Notes: a model not told the origin generated them from the sequence alone. A stretch of DNA of 64,000 bases from an uncultured virus (IMG/VR IMGVR_UViG_3300010885_030646) (IMGVR_UViG_3300010885_030646:1-64000), one strand, 5' to 3'. Counted from the first letter of the stretch, positions 18,971-28,067 are shown. Translations and numbers: made by a program.

Positions 18971-20090
18971 TGATAAATTGTTGGAAACGGTTGGGAAATT
19001 CTTTGCGAGTCTGTGTGCGCACTTCTGCAAGATGTTGTTGATTGTATTTACACACATTATAGCATTCATTTAGGAAACTTGCAAGATCTTGTTGGCACAA
19101 ATCATTAACTATCATTGTTATTCTTTCCATTCGATCTTGATGATTATCAATAGAATCAAAACTTTCATCAATCACATGTCCAAATGTTTGAAATCCCAAC
19201 TTGTGTATATCTCGATAAAATCCTACACTGGTAGCACAGATCCACGGATGCCCCATGGCCAATGGTTTGGCAATTTTTTCTGTTCTAAAACTATACGGAT
19301 ATTCAAACACAGTTTCAGTTACTAAACTAAAGTAGGTGTCAATATACGGAGCAGGTTCTAAATAAATTTCTCCCCATTTGCTGCCAAACAGTTCGTTCTT
19401 GGCAAATTTGTGTGGGTAGTCGATCACAATACTATTATTTTTAAAAAATTCAAATTCATATTCTGAAGGCAAGTGTTTAATAGATGCAGTTTTTCCCAAT
19501 AGATCTTGCCTGTTTTCTATTAGTGTAAAATGCCTGCTGCCACCGGCACGACCATCTAACAGTGTCCAAAGTGCATGATCCAACAGATTCATTTGTCGAA
19601 ATCTTTCAAGTAGATATTTTCTATGTGATCTTGCTCGCCCATTTAGAAATAAAAATTTGTAGGGTTTGTTGTGTTTGGCAAAGATTTCATCAGTACGTTG
19701 TTGTGCCTGAATGTTTTCATCATAGTCCAAGATGTGTGTAATAAAATGTTCGTGCAATAGATATGGATATTGAGATTCCATCTCGCCTCCAGTTAGCAAC
19801 AATAGTTGACCTGACAGTACCAGGTCCTCAATCTTTAACACATGCAATTGATCCAGTATAGTTTTAGAACCTTCGGCGCTGTTGCCAAATATCACAGTTA
19901 TGGTTGGATCCTGTGTCATTGATCTGACACGATCTGTGTGTTCTACCATTTGCTTACGGCCTAATAGATAGATTGAATTGGACTGCGTTTCGTGCAGGCC
20001 CAAATCCCAGAATTCATCATCCGAGTAAGGTTTCATTATACTGTAAACCTCGCTCATTGTGTCAATAATAAACTTACGATTGCCGAGCAT
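18951..20090 (-). CDS. TEK-motif protein, putative glycosyltransferase, paralog 3
   Basis: FLFLNGRARSHR, VTETVF...FRTEKIAKPLAMGHPW...LGFQTFGHVIDESFD. Confidence 0.55.
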   Translation of the reverse strand: MLGNRKFIIDTMSEVYSIMKPYSDDEFWDLGLHETQSNSIYLLGRKQMVEHTDRVRSMTQDPTITVIFGNSAEGSKTILDQLHVLKIEDLVLSGQLLLLTGGEMESQYPYLLHEHFITHILDYDENIQAQQRTDEIFAKHNKPYKFLFLNGRARSHRKYLLERFRQMNLLDHALWTLLDGRAGGSRHFTLIENRQDLLGKTASIKHLPSEYEFEFFKNNSIVIDYPHKFAKNELFGSKWGEIYLEPAPYIDTYFSLVTETVFEYPYSFRTEKIAKPLAMGHPWICATSVGFYRDIHKLGFQTFGHVIDESFDSIDNHQDRMERITMIVNDLCQQDLASFLNECYNVCKYNQQHLAEVRTQTRKEFPNRFQQFINERFRL

Positions 20091-21474
20091 GGTACTCGCA
20101 TTCTGCCCACCAAGACCGCATTTCAGGAAAAGCTGTTAAAAAGTCAGTTCCTCTACGCCGATCATGTTCAGCAAAGAAACGATGGAAATCTGCTCGGGCA
20201 GTTGAATTATCTTTATGTTGTCCTTCACGCATCCACGCAACATCACGTTCTAGGCGTTGCACTTCGTAATCTTTAAATCCGTGCAGAGGGTTAGCTTCTG
20301 TAACCATGTTGGCCAACATGTAATCTCTAGCACGTTCTAACTGTTGTGCATAACTTTCTGGAAGTATTTGTAAACTTTGCCAAGCAGGTTCACGTAGTAC
20401 TGGAGTATCAAACCACACACGTTGATAAGTTGTTGAATATGTTTTTCTTAATTCCAAAATCCATTTTAACAGTGCAGGCAAACCAGTGACAGTTAAATTG
20501 TTCATAGTAATAATAAACGTCAGACTATTGCGATAAGGAATATCACGTAAGAATTCTTCAACATTATTGGCCATGCGACCATAGTCCAGTCCGTGACGTA
20601 AGTATTCTGCTTGTGCAGGTATACCAGAGTCTAGGCTGACGTACTGCATGAAGTGTTCAATGTTGGGCGTACAAAGACGTTTTACATAACTTATGTACTT
20701 TTTAAACAGCGCATCTTCCACTGAAAAGTTTGACGTTACATTCAGGTGTAGTTTAGGATTAGGGTGTTCTAATACATAATCAAACACCCGATAAGTGTTT
20801 CGATCCATTAATGGTTCACCACCAGTCATACGAAAGTGCTCTAGCTGTGGATACAGGGTGGGCCACCATTCCCAAAATGCATCTACATAAGGGTTAGCTT
20901 CCCTGACAGGAATAGGTTTGCGATTGCCTACAAAATGCTCCGGCGCATTGTGTGGTTTACTGGTGGGATATGCACCGTGTCGTTCTACTTCTTCACCCCA
21001 ACTACTACTGAACTGCGGTGAACAATAACTGCACTTTAGATTACAAGCGTGGTTAAAATTAACTTCTACATAACTGGGAACAACGTCATCCTCATTGCCT
21101 ACACTGTTTTTAATCTTTTCAAAATCCACCGCAGCCCAGGCTTCTCCAGAACGATAGTGGCGATCACTCAGTTTGTCCAAGTTTTCCATATTCCAGCAAT
21201 ACTGACACTCCGTGGGCTTTTCACCGCGAATCATCATCATACGTTGTTGTTTTTTGTGTTCAGTGTTGTGTATTCCACCAGTGTGTTGCAAATCATCTGC
21301 AGTGATCTGATGCAACGGCGGGTGGTAACAACTGTTGTTGAGTCCTGTAGGCAGGTGCAGACTTACCTGTTTCCACTTGGCCAAGCATAATGCAGGACCA
21401 AGATCCTCTGCCATCTGTTCAGCAGAGTTTAAGAATCGACTTTTGTTGTCTACTGTTTCATCACCTTTGTTCAT
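20074..21474 (-). CDS. Radical SAM protein with N-terminal Twitch-like domain (subgroup A)
   Basis: CLAKW...NSCYHP...CQYCW, CNLKCSYC, TGGEPL, SLDSG...AEYLRHGLD. Confidence 0.92.
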   Translation of the reverse strand: MNKGDETVDNKSRFLNSAEQMAEDLGPALCLAKWKQVSLHLPTGLNNSCYHPPLHQITADDLQHTGGIHNTEHKKQQRMMMIRGEKPTECQYCWNMENLDKLSDRHYRSGEAWAAVDFEKIKNSVGNEDDVVPSYVEVNFNHACNLKCSYCSPQFSSSWGEEVERHGAYPTSKPHNAPEHFVGNRKPIPVREANPYVDAFWEWWPTLYPQLEHFRMTGGEPLMDRNTYRVFDYVLEHPNPKLHLNVTSNFSVEDALFKKYISYVKRLCTPNIEHFMQYVSLDSGIPAQAEYLRHGLDYGRMANNVEEFLRDIPYRNSLTFIITMNNLTVTGLPALLKWILELRKTYSTTYQRVWFDTPVLREPAWQSLQILPESYAQQLERARDYMLANMVTEANPLHGFKDYEVQRLERDVAWMREGQHKDNSTARADFHRFFAEHDRRRGTDFLTAFPEMRSWWAECEYHARQS

Positions 21475-22159
21475 GTAACCATTTCTTCACTGTTGGTTGC
21501 AGAAATTCTGCAAATTCTTTGTTAGCTTGCGGAGTAGGATGTTCATGGCAAAAATATCCGTGTTCTTCCCACCAACACCATTCTTTGATCTGTTCGTCCC
21601 AGGCAAAGGTTGCGGCTCGGCCCGGTACAATTCCATTGCTGTGCATACGCCAGCCCACGTCTGACGCACCCCAGCCATGCTGGAACCATTTGCTATCTAG
21701 CTGTGTGGCAATCCACTTTTGCCAGCTTGCACACAGTACATCAAATCCAAATGCCTGTGCTAGTAACGGATCAACGTCACTGAGCCCGCCAATAAAGGTA
21801 ATGGGATTGTTCACACGATCACGTATCTCACTCATTATAGCATGATTCAGTGCTGTACGTATACTGAACATGTCTTCTTTTTCAATCCATTCATGCGGCG
21901 GGGCATTCTTTATGCGCCCATAATCACGTCCGGGTTCGGTCCATATCCATACTACAGGAACGTTGTCGGGCACACGCATGGCAACCAGTCTATCCAAACA
22001 GGCTAGATTACCCTGCCCCGGAGCCAAACAGTGCTGATAAGGCCAAGGCCAGTGATCTGCCAGTCGTTCATCGCCGGGCAATGGCTGTTGATTACCTTTG
22101 TCATAATTGTCATTAGTAAAGCCTTTTAGTGCCCAACTGTCCCCGGCAAAGATATACAT
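21461..22159 (-). CDS. SGNH/GDSL-like hydrolase or acyltransferase
   Basis: N-terminal FAGDSW (block I), PGQGN (block II) and C-terminal HEHPTPQAN (block V HP). Confidence 0.6.
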   Translation of the reverse strand: MYIFAGDSWALKGFTNDNYDKGNQQPLPGDERLADHWPWPYQHCLAPGQGNLACLDRLVAMRVPDNVPVVWIWTEPGRDYGRIKNAPPHEWIEKEDMFSIRTALNHAIMSEIRDRVNNPITFIGGLSDVDPLLAQAFGFDVLCASWQKWIATQLDSKWFQHGWGASDVGWRMHSNGIVPGRAATFAWDEQIKEWCWWEEHGYFCHEHPTPQANKEFAEFLQPTVKKWLHEQR

Positions 22160-23022
22160 TACTTTAGATCCTTTTTCTGTTGTGCAAAGATTTGATCACC
22201 ATTGTACTGTTCTGGACAAAACTTACACTGATCAATGGGCTGGTCTAGACTGTTCACAAACTGCTGTTTAGCTGTGCCACTGTCAGTGATCTTCAAGGGT
22301 CTGTAACTCAGCATGAGTTCACGGTCCTCTGCGCTGAGTGTGAGTGAGTGCTGTTGATCAAATTCGGGCAACACTGCCGCAACACCGCACTTGTACAGCT
22401 CACCACGTATGAAATGGTGGCAGGTTTTCATGTGGCAAATGTCATGTGCTCGAGCTACGTCACTTTGGTGCAGTGTTAGTGCGCCGTCTGTTTTGACAAT
22501 GGCACCTTGGTGGAACCACCAATTGTATTCTATTTTGATGCGTACCCCACGTGCATCAGTAATGGTCATGTACTGTTGATAGGGGTTGTCTGTGTTAAAC
22601 GTCACAGTGTGCGGGGCTTGACCAAAGTCTCGAACCTTTTGTATGATTTCTGATTTGTGCTGTTTGTTGTGTATGCCAACCCACAGCTCAATGTTGCGAT
22701 GTTGCTCTAGTATGGGATAAAGATCGGCATGTCGATCCAATCTAAAGCCATTGCTGATAATTCTTATTTTCTTTCCAGGCCATAGTTGATTTATGCCCTG
22801 CACCCAGGCCAAGAACGTGGGGTTCAGTAGCGGCTCGCCGCCCAGGATGCCAATACTGCCAATATCAACTTGTTCGGCCCACTGCTGATATACTTCAGCA
22901 TAGTCACTCCAGCGTTGATAGCCCGTGAAGTTGTAGTCATTGAAACGATTGCAACCTGCGCATGCTAGATTGCAAACATTAATGATATAAAACTCTGCGT
23001 AGGGTATGTGTAGCTTAGGCAT
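22159..23022 (-). CDS. Radical SAM protein (core first, C-terminal Cys cluster)
   Basis: CNLACAGC near the N-terminus, LGGEPLLNP, ISNG. C-terminal CHMKTCH...YKC...QCKFCP. Confidence 0.9.
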   Translation of the reverse strand: MPKLHIPYAEFYIINVCNLACAGCNRFNDYNFTGYQRWSDYAEVYQQWAEQVDIGSIGILGGEPLLNPTFLAWVQGINQLWPGKKIRIISNGFRLDRHADLYPILEQHRNIELWVGIHNKQHKSEIIQKVRDFGQAPHTVTFNTDNPYQQYMTITDARGVRIKIEYNWWFHQGAIVKTDGALTLHQSDVARAHDICHMKTCHHFIRGELYKCGVAAVLPEFDQQHSLTLSAEDRELMLSYRPLKITDSGTAKQQFVNSLDQPIDQCKFCPEQYNGDQIFAQQKKDLK

Positions 23023-23974
23023 GTAGGTCTTGCATTTGAATTCGTTTCAACAACTGATAGTTGTGTTCCAGCACTGATTGCATGTCTGCGTACATGGCGT
23101 CTAGTTCAGCAAGGCTTTTTTCAGCCAATTGCTCTATTAAGCGCACAATTTCTTTTAGTTGATAGTCTGGTGGATCTTCGCTGTAGCCTTCATCCCACCA
23201 GGCGTCAAATGTGCGAAATCCCAGGGCACGTAATCTAGACAGAAACTTCTGTGGCCCATGCACAACAAATGGTGTGCGCATCAGCATGGGGCGCCAGATC
23301 TTTTCATCAATATAAAATGTGTCCCCTGACCAGTAAGTTAAATTCACAATTTCCACAAAGAAGTTGGGATACGCTTTGGTAATGTTTAGTGTGACAGGAT
23401 TACAAATGGGATATTGATCAATACTGTCAATTGTCAGCGGTGAGTGTTGCAGTAATTCCACAGCGTCTTGAACTTCTGCCCAGGAATGATTGTTGAACAT
23501 CATGTCTTCCACGCCAATAAAAGGCCTGTGATACTGATTGGTCACTTGGGTGTGATAAGTCTGCATGGTTCGATCGCGATGATGTGCATACAAGTAACTG
23601 CCCAGATACAGTCGGGGCTGATTGCCATGCCCAATAAAGTGTCCAAAATGCTTGGCAATTGTTTTGTTGCTAGCAGGCGGACTATATTGTTGTGCGGCTG
23701 TGAGATATACCATTTGCGGTTTTATAACAATGTTGTAACGGTCATGTGTTTCGGCCAAGTTACAAGTTGTGATATAAATGTCACTGGCACTGTAATTGAA
23801 ACGACTGCACATATTATCCAGCAAATCATACAGGCCCAGGCTGCGAGCACAGGGTCCTTCGCGTTTGGTACCAATATCAATGCGCGGCACGGCCTGTGAC
23901 ATGGCATGGGCAATGTCAATAATCAGTTGATCACGGTTCCAAATTGTGCTGTCACTGTTGGCAAATTCAATCAT
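23015..23974 (-). CDS. TEK-motif (DEK variant) protein, putative glycosyltransferase, paralog 4
   Basis: VEIVNLTY...FYIDEKIWRPMLMRTPFVVHG...LGFRTFDAWWDEGYS. Confidence 0.5.
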   Translation of the reverse strand: MIEFANSDSTIWNRDQLIIDIAHAMSQAVPRIDIGTKREGPCARSLGLYDLLDNMCSRFNYSASDIYITTCNLAETHDRYNIVIKPQMVYLTAAQQYSPPASNKTIAKHFGHFIGHGNQPRLYLGSYLYAHHRDRTMQTYHTQVTNQYHRPFIGVEDMMFNNHSWAEVQDAVELLQHSPLTIDSIDQYPICNPVTLNITKAYPNFFVEIVNLTYWSGDTFYIDEKIWRPMLMRTPFVVHGPQKFLSRLRALGFRTFDAWWDEGYSEDPPDYQLKEIVRLIEQLAEKSLAELDAMYADMQSVLEHNYQLLKRIQMQDLHA

Positions 23975-24665
23975 TCATGTACTCCGCCACATGCTCAAAT
24001 ACTTCTGACTTTGACAGTACGTATTGACCAAATGGTGCGCAACTGTGTAAATCATAAGGCGGTACAGCATTGTTGGTCAACGCAACATCTGCGCAGAATC
24101 TCTGCATTATTTCTGCGTCAGACACAGGCTCACTTACCAAATTGATTTCTCTAATGTCATGTTCAATCACTGTGGCAATGTCCCTGCACAGTCTTGACAG
24201 CGGATAATACTGCCTGACCACAGCACCGTTGACACGATCCAAGTATTGACGATGGCGAATATCAAACAATAGATTTTTACTGATTGCAGGGTGAATCAAG
24301 GTACACAGTCTAATAACATGACAGCATTCAAATTGAGTCAGGGCAAAATGTTCCAATGCCAGTCTGTTGCTGCCATACACAGAATCTGGTGCGTACACAG
24401 CGTCCACTGATCCGATCAGTACAAATCTATTGGCCCTAACTGTGCGCAAGTTATCAGCAAGATATCCAATGCTGTCTGTGTCCCACTGTGGTTGTTGATT
24501 GGCCCGCAAGCGATTGCCTGATAGTGCCGCACAGTACACAGTGTCAAAATTACAATGTTGTATCTGCTCTATATTGGCAGAGTTGTAGGTTTGGTCAAAT
24601 TCGAGGTTGGCACCTAACACTGTGCCAATCAAACCAGTGTGACCTATCAACACGTTCATTACCAA
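23967..24665 (-). CDS. Short NAD(P)-binding SDR/epimerase-like protein
   Basis: LIGHTGLIG (GxxGxxG), LIGSVDAVY, YGSNR (YxxxK-like position occupied by R). Confidence 0.75.
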   Translation of the reverse strand: MVMNVLIGHTGLIGTVLGANLEFDQTYNSANIEQIQHCNFDTVYCAALSGNRLRANQQPQWDTDSIGYLADNLRTVRANRFVLIGSVDAVYAPDSVYGSNRLALEHFALTQFECCHVIRLCTLIHPAISKNLLFDIRHRQYLDRVNGAVVRQYYPLSRLCRDIATVIEHDIREINLVSEPVSDAEIMQRFCADVALTNNAVPPYDLHSCAPFGQYVLSKSEVFEHVAEYMND

Positions 24666-25585
24666 CCTTCTTGCTTCCTGATCACATCAATTTCTCGAAC
24701 CATAACGCCTTGATTGTGCCAACCGATACGATAATGATGTTTGAAAAACTTGCTGGCTTCGTCTTCGTACCAGACCATTGGCAAGTCTAACTGTGTACTT
24801 AGTTCTTCGGCTACGCGACCTAACAATAGTTCCGGCTCAGTGTCTTTGACTGTGTCCCACAACTCGTTTAACGAATCAAACCATTGCACTTGTTTATGAT
24901 CCCAATTGGTCAGCATGGTCATGTACGTGCCCATTCGAGCACCAGCAATGGCCCATACTCCATGTTCAGCATCACGACCCACATTGTGCCACACAGTCAA
25001 GTTGTCTAAGTTGCGCTGATGTACACGCTGTTTAAATTCTGCCACTGTGGGACGCACACCTTTGTTCAGGCACATCTTTACACCTTCGCGGAATCCTGCT
25101 CGCCAAGCATGAAAAGCTGAACCATTGGGATATGTTGTACTATAGCAATCGTGCATGGCCCAATATAAGGGATCAAAACAAAACTCTACTTCGGTGGCGG
25201 CTGTGCCATCTGTGTTTTCATGTGTTTTCATTTCGTTGACAAATGTGCGTGTCCATGAACTCATGCCACCGTTGCCATACATCAAGCCATTGATGTTGTT
25301 ACACGCTCTCCAACGGAACACTGCACGTTCATAATCTGTAGTAGGAAATGTTAGTGTTTGATTGAAGAATTCAGGATGCGGCATATTATCGCCGTCGATC
25401 AAAATAAAACGTTCTGTTTCACTTGCGGCAGCGGCAGCTTTGTGTGCGGCATCTGATCCTTTGACTCCGTCAACACGTTTGGCCCAAGGCACCATGTTGC
25501 GAATTCGAACCCAGAATTCTTCCTTCTGTGGTTCGTCGTAGGTCAAGTAGATGCAGTCTAGGTCTGCTACATCAATTTGATTCAT
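24659..25585 (-). CDS. GT-A-fold glycosyltransferase-like protein
   Basis: YLTYDEP, VDGVKGSDAAHKAAA, FILIDGDN (DxD), NGLMYGNGG, AWRAGFREGVKM. Confidence 0.7.
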   Translation of the reverse strand: MNQIDVADLDCIYLTYDEPQKEEFWVRIRNMVPWAKRVDGVKGSDAAHKAAAAASETERFILIDGDNMPHPEFFNQTLTFPTTDYERAVFRWRACNNINGLMYGNGGMSSWTRTFVNEMKTHENTDGTAATEVEFCFDPLYWAMHDCYSTTYPNGSAFHAWRAGFREGVKMCLNKGVRPTVAEFKQRVHQRNLDNLTVWHNVGRDAEHGVWAIAGARMGTYMTMLTNWDHKQVQWFDSLNELWDTVKDTEPELLLGRVAEELSTQLDLPMVWYEDEASKFFKHHYRIGWHNQGVMVREIDVIRKQEGW

Positions 25586-25919
25586 TTGATTTTAAACTCC
25601 ATTTAATATGCGGTTGGTCTTCTGCAACAACAACAGAAACATTCTCAATTGAACATGGTGTTCCGGTTGTGCTGGGCGTTAACTTACTCGTGGGTCTTTT
25701 GTACACAACTGGCACTAATTTGCCGTCAACAACTCGAACATTGAACCTACTGAGTTGATATGTTTCTGCATCAATCTCTATATAATTACCTGGCAAGTCT
25801 TCCATGCTGTAAGATACTGGCTCACCACGCTCATTGTAGTATAATCTAAAAAAAATAGGCACAGGGTCCGGTGCAGGCTCTGCCAGTGCCAGCCAAAAAT
25901 TTTCAGTTGTTTCATTCAT
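25572..25919 (-). CDS. Hypothetical protein
   Basis: ORF in tandem operon. Start placed at ATG 25919 (MNETTENF), overlapping the upstream gene end. Confidence 0.7.
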   Translation of the reverse strand: MNETTENFWLALAEPAPDPVPIFFRLYYNERGEPVSYSMEDLPGNYIEIDAETYQLSRFNVRVVDGKLVPVVYKRPTSKLTPSTTGTPCSIENVSVVVAEDQPHIKWSLKSNESN

Positions 25920-26214
25920 CTGTAGGCGGAATACCGTTTGAGTGTCGGTCTGTTGTTTTGTCAACATCTTGGAAAAGTCGTTTTTCCTGTGCTGTCAGTG
26001 TGTCTTTGTGTGTTCTGCGAGGATTACCGCACAATGGACATTGTGGATTACCACAGTCCATCACATGATGTTTGGCCAATCGGTGTGGTTCTTTTACTGC
26101 TAGATCTTTGTTGGTCATGCCGTGTGCTTTGGCAATCTTAACTTGTCGGGCCACTGCATTTTCATCTTTTAATAGACGTTTACTTTTTTTAAATTTATCT
26201 TCTTCTTTACTCAA
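25912..26214 (-). CDS. Small basic protein with putative Zn-binding motif
   Basis: HHVMDCGNPQCPLCGNPRR. TTG start at 26214 with GGAG SD and TTGA overlap with the upstream stop. Confidence 0.7.
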   Translation of the reverse strand: MSKEEDKFKKSKRLLKDENAVARQVKIAKAHGMTNKDLAVKEPHRLAKHHVMDCGNPQCPLCGNPRRTHKDTLTAQEKRLFQDVDKTTDRHSNGIPPTDE

Positions 26215-26984
26215 AGCAATCTCCAATCTTTATTATGATAATGCACAAGTCCCCATTGTGCTACTGTGTTGATCCGCACACCCGGATCGGTATTTTCCCA
26301 CACTAGTTCTTCGGTCCAATCATCAGTATGTGTAGGAATTACATGTTGTTTCATGTGTACAATGGTTGGTCCAAGGCCTGCGGGCAGTGTGACCAGTTCT
26401 GGACCAATGATCAGTGCGGCCATGGCATATACCACATCTGTACTGGGAATTTCTTCTGGAAACTTTAACAAAGTCTTGTAGGAACTCCAGTTTGAAAAGA
26501 TTTTCTCTACTAGATTAAAAAAATCCTGTGCTGTTTTGCTCACACGCCAGTAGGTTATTGCGTTGTACACATCGGGCAGGCAGTTGTCGTCAAACAGTCG
26601 ACGATAGTATCTACTGGCTGCAGGCCGATCATAAAAGTCTCTGCAACCCTGACTGATCACAACATCACGCTTTTCAAACATGGTCCACCAGTGATCAACA
26701 GGGCTGGCAGCAATCATGTCTGCTTCTAGTTTGATTGTTTGTCTATACGGACTGGCGCGGAACACCTGCCAGTCATTGGCATAGCCACCTTGGTCTCCGT
26801 ACGGCAGTTCAACCACATGAGTAAACAATGACCAGTCACACCTGTTGTTAGTTAATATGGCTATGTTAGCGTCAGGATGCCATTGACGTATGCTCATGGC
26901 CAGCTGTTCTGCACAGTCAGTATAGCTGACTGTGTCTGTGTTTACAGCCGGAATCAAATATCCACGTTCAGAGAGGATTGGCAA
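26211..26984 (-). CDS. GT-A (GT8-like) glycosyltransferase-like protein
   Basis: ASPYRQTIKLEADM (ExD variant), STDVVYAMA, VHMK. Paralog of the adjacent gene. Confidence 0.65.
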   Translation of the reverse strand: MPILSERGYLIPAVNTDTVSYTDCAEQLAMSIRQWHPDANIAILTNNRCDWSLFTHVVELPYGDQGGYANDWQVFRASPYRQTIKLEADMIAASPVDHWWTMFEKRDVVISQGCRDFYDRPAASRYYRRLFDDNCLPDVYNAITYWRVSKTAQDFFNLVEKIFSNWSSYKTLLKFPEEIPSTDVVYAMAALIIGPELVTLPAGLGPTIVHMKQHVIPTHTDDWTEELVWENTDPGVRINTVAQWGLVHYHNKDWRLL

Positions 26985-27765
26985 CTATTGCTCCTAATTG
27001 TTGTTTGCCCATGGCATGGAAATCCTGTGTTAGCGTGATCCATCGTGCTTTTTTATCTGGTGTCGAAAAGTCTACTCTATATGAATCTATATCAAGTTGA
27101 GTCAATCGATGTTCTGGTGTGATGCTGGCCAGTGTTCCAGGAATCTCATCAACACACAGTGTGTGTCCATTTAAAGTATTTAACGCAATACTAAGTGCAT
27201 GATCATTTCTGTAGGTCGCAACAGGATTCTTATACAGGTTCCTGTAATGTGTCCAATTATCACGAATCATTTGCATTGAATCAAACAGTAATTCTGAGGC
27301 TGTGCTCCGACGGAACATCATCACAGTGGCCCACCACATGGGCATACGATGATTGCCAAAGTAGTTTAAATCTTCAAATGTTTGTAATCCTGTTACATCC
27401 CAGGCCCGGCGATAGCACATGAAATCTTGACGGCTGTTTAATACAGTACGCAGTTGAGCACTGGTAATGACATAATCAGCATCGAGTACTAGCGTTTGAT
27501 CCCAGGGACTTAATTGGTACGCATCCATACGATTGGTGTTATGCCAAGTTACATTGGTATCATAATCTGAAAAATAACGTTGACCACCACCTTGTGCTTG
27601 AGTGTTTACGACATAATCAAAGTCACCTAGCGGGTTTTCATAATCAGTTACAACAGCCACAGGGATTCCAAGATGCCTGTGTATGTTTTTGGCAGACCAT
27701 GCTGCCATAGAAAGATAATCAGTTTGCTCGTTGTTAAATGCAAATATTAATGCACCAGTGGTCAT
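26968..27765 (-). CDS. GT-A (GT8-like) glycosyltransferase-like protein
   Basis: LSPWDQTLVLDADY (DxD), WATVMMF, YRNDHALSIA, DFHAMGK. Confidence 0.7.
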   Translation of the reverse strand: MTTGALIFAFNNEQTDYLSMAAWSAKNIHRHLGIPVAVVTDYENPLGDFDYVVNTQAQGGGQRYFSDYDTNVTWHNTNRMDAYQLSPWDQTLVLDADYVITSAQLRTVLNSRQDFMCYRRAWDVTGLQTFEDLNYFGNHRMPMWWATVMMFRRSTASELLFDSMQMIRDNWTHYRNLYKNPVATYRNDHALSIALNTLNGHTLCVDEIPGTLASITPEHRLTQLDIDSYRVDFSTPDKKARWITLTQDFHAMGKQQLGAIVANPL

Positions 27766-28067
27766 CGTTGTTTATTAAGTTCTTCGTATTCGATCAACCA
27801 AGCATTCATTTGCTCTTGCCAGCGTTGCATGGCCAGACCACGCAGTTCTTCAGGCCGAACCAGTACCGGAGTTTCATACAAGTCTAACAGCACTGCATCA
27901 CCTGGAGGCACAGTGGCCAAGATGTTTAAGAGTTCAGGGCCGGCACACCACATGCCGCTAGCGTGTGCAAATACCAGCTTGGCTTGATATTTTTCTTTTA
28001 GCAATCGTCGGGCGGCCACGTGATCAAAACGGGCACGACCGTGTGCAATTAGTTGTTCAGTATTCAT
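27762..28067 (-). CDS. Hypothetical protein, first gene of the minus-strand modification operon
   Basis: 101-aa ORF with ATGA overlap to the downstream GT-like gene. Confidence 0.75.
   Translation of the reverse strand: MNTEQLIAHGRARFDHVAARRLLKEKYQAKLVFAHASGMWCAGPELLNILATVPPGDAVLLDLYETPVLVRPEELRGLAMQRWQEQMNAWLIEYEELNKQR

Noticed and set aside
8102..23022. RiPP cluster interpretation of the radical SAM array
   Set aside because: No RRE/PqqD domain, peptidase, transporter or leader-core precursor was recognised, and the context is dominated by sugar enzymes. Not fully excluded, because of the 33-aa peptide.
1..28067. Known DNA hypermodification pathways (7-deazaguanine, hmC/hmU glycosylation)
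   Set aside because: No QueC/QueD/FolE/DpdA, thymidylate-synthase-like hydroxymethylase or nucleotide kinase was recognised in this window, and the radical SAMs do not look like QueE.
1..28067. Bacterial chromosomal O-antigen/capsule locus
   Set aside because: No flippase, polymerase, ABC exporter or multi-pass membrane protein was seen, and the genes are contiguous with phage structural genes with the same compact overlap style.
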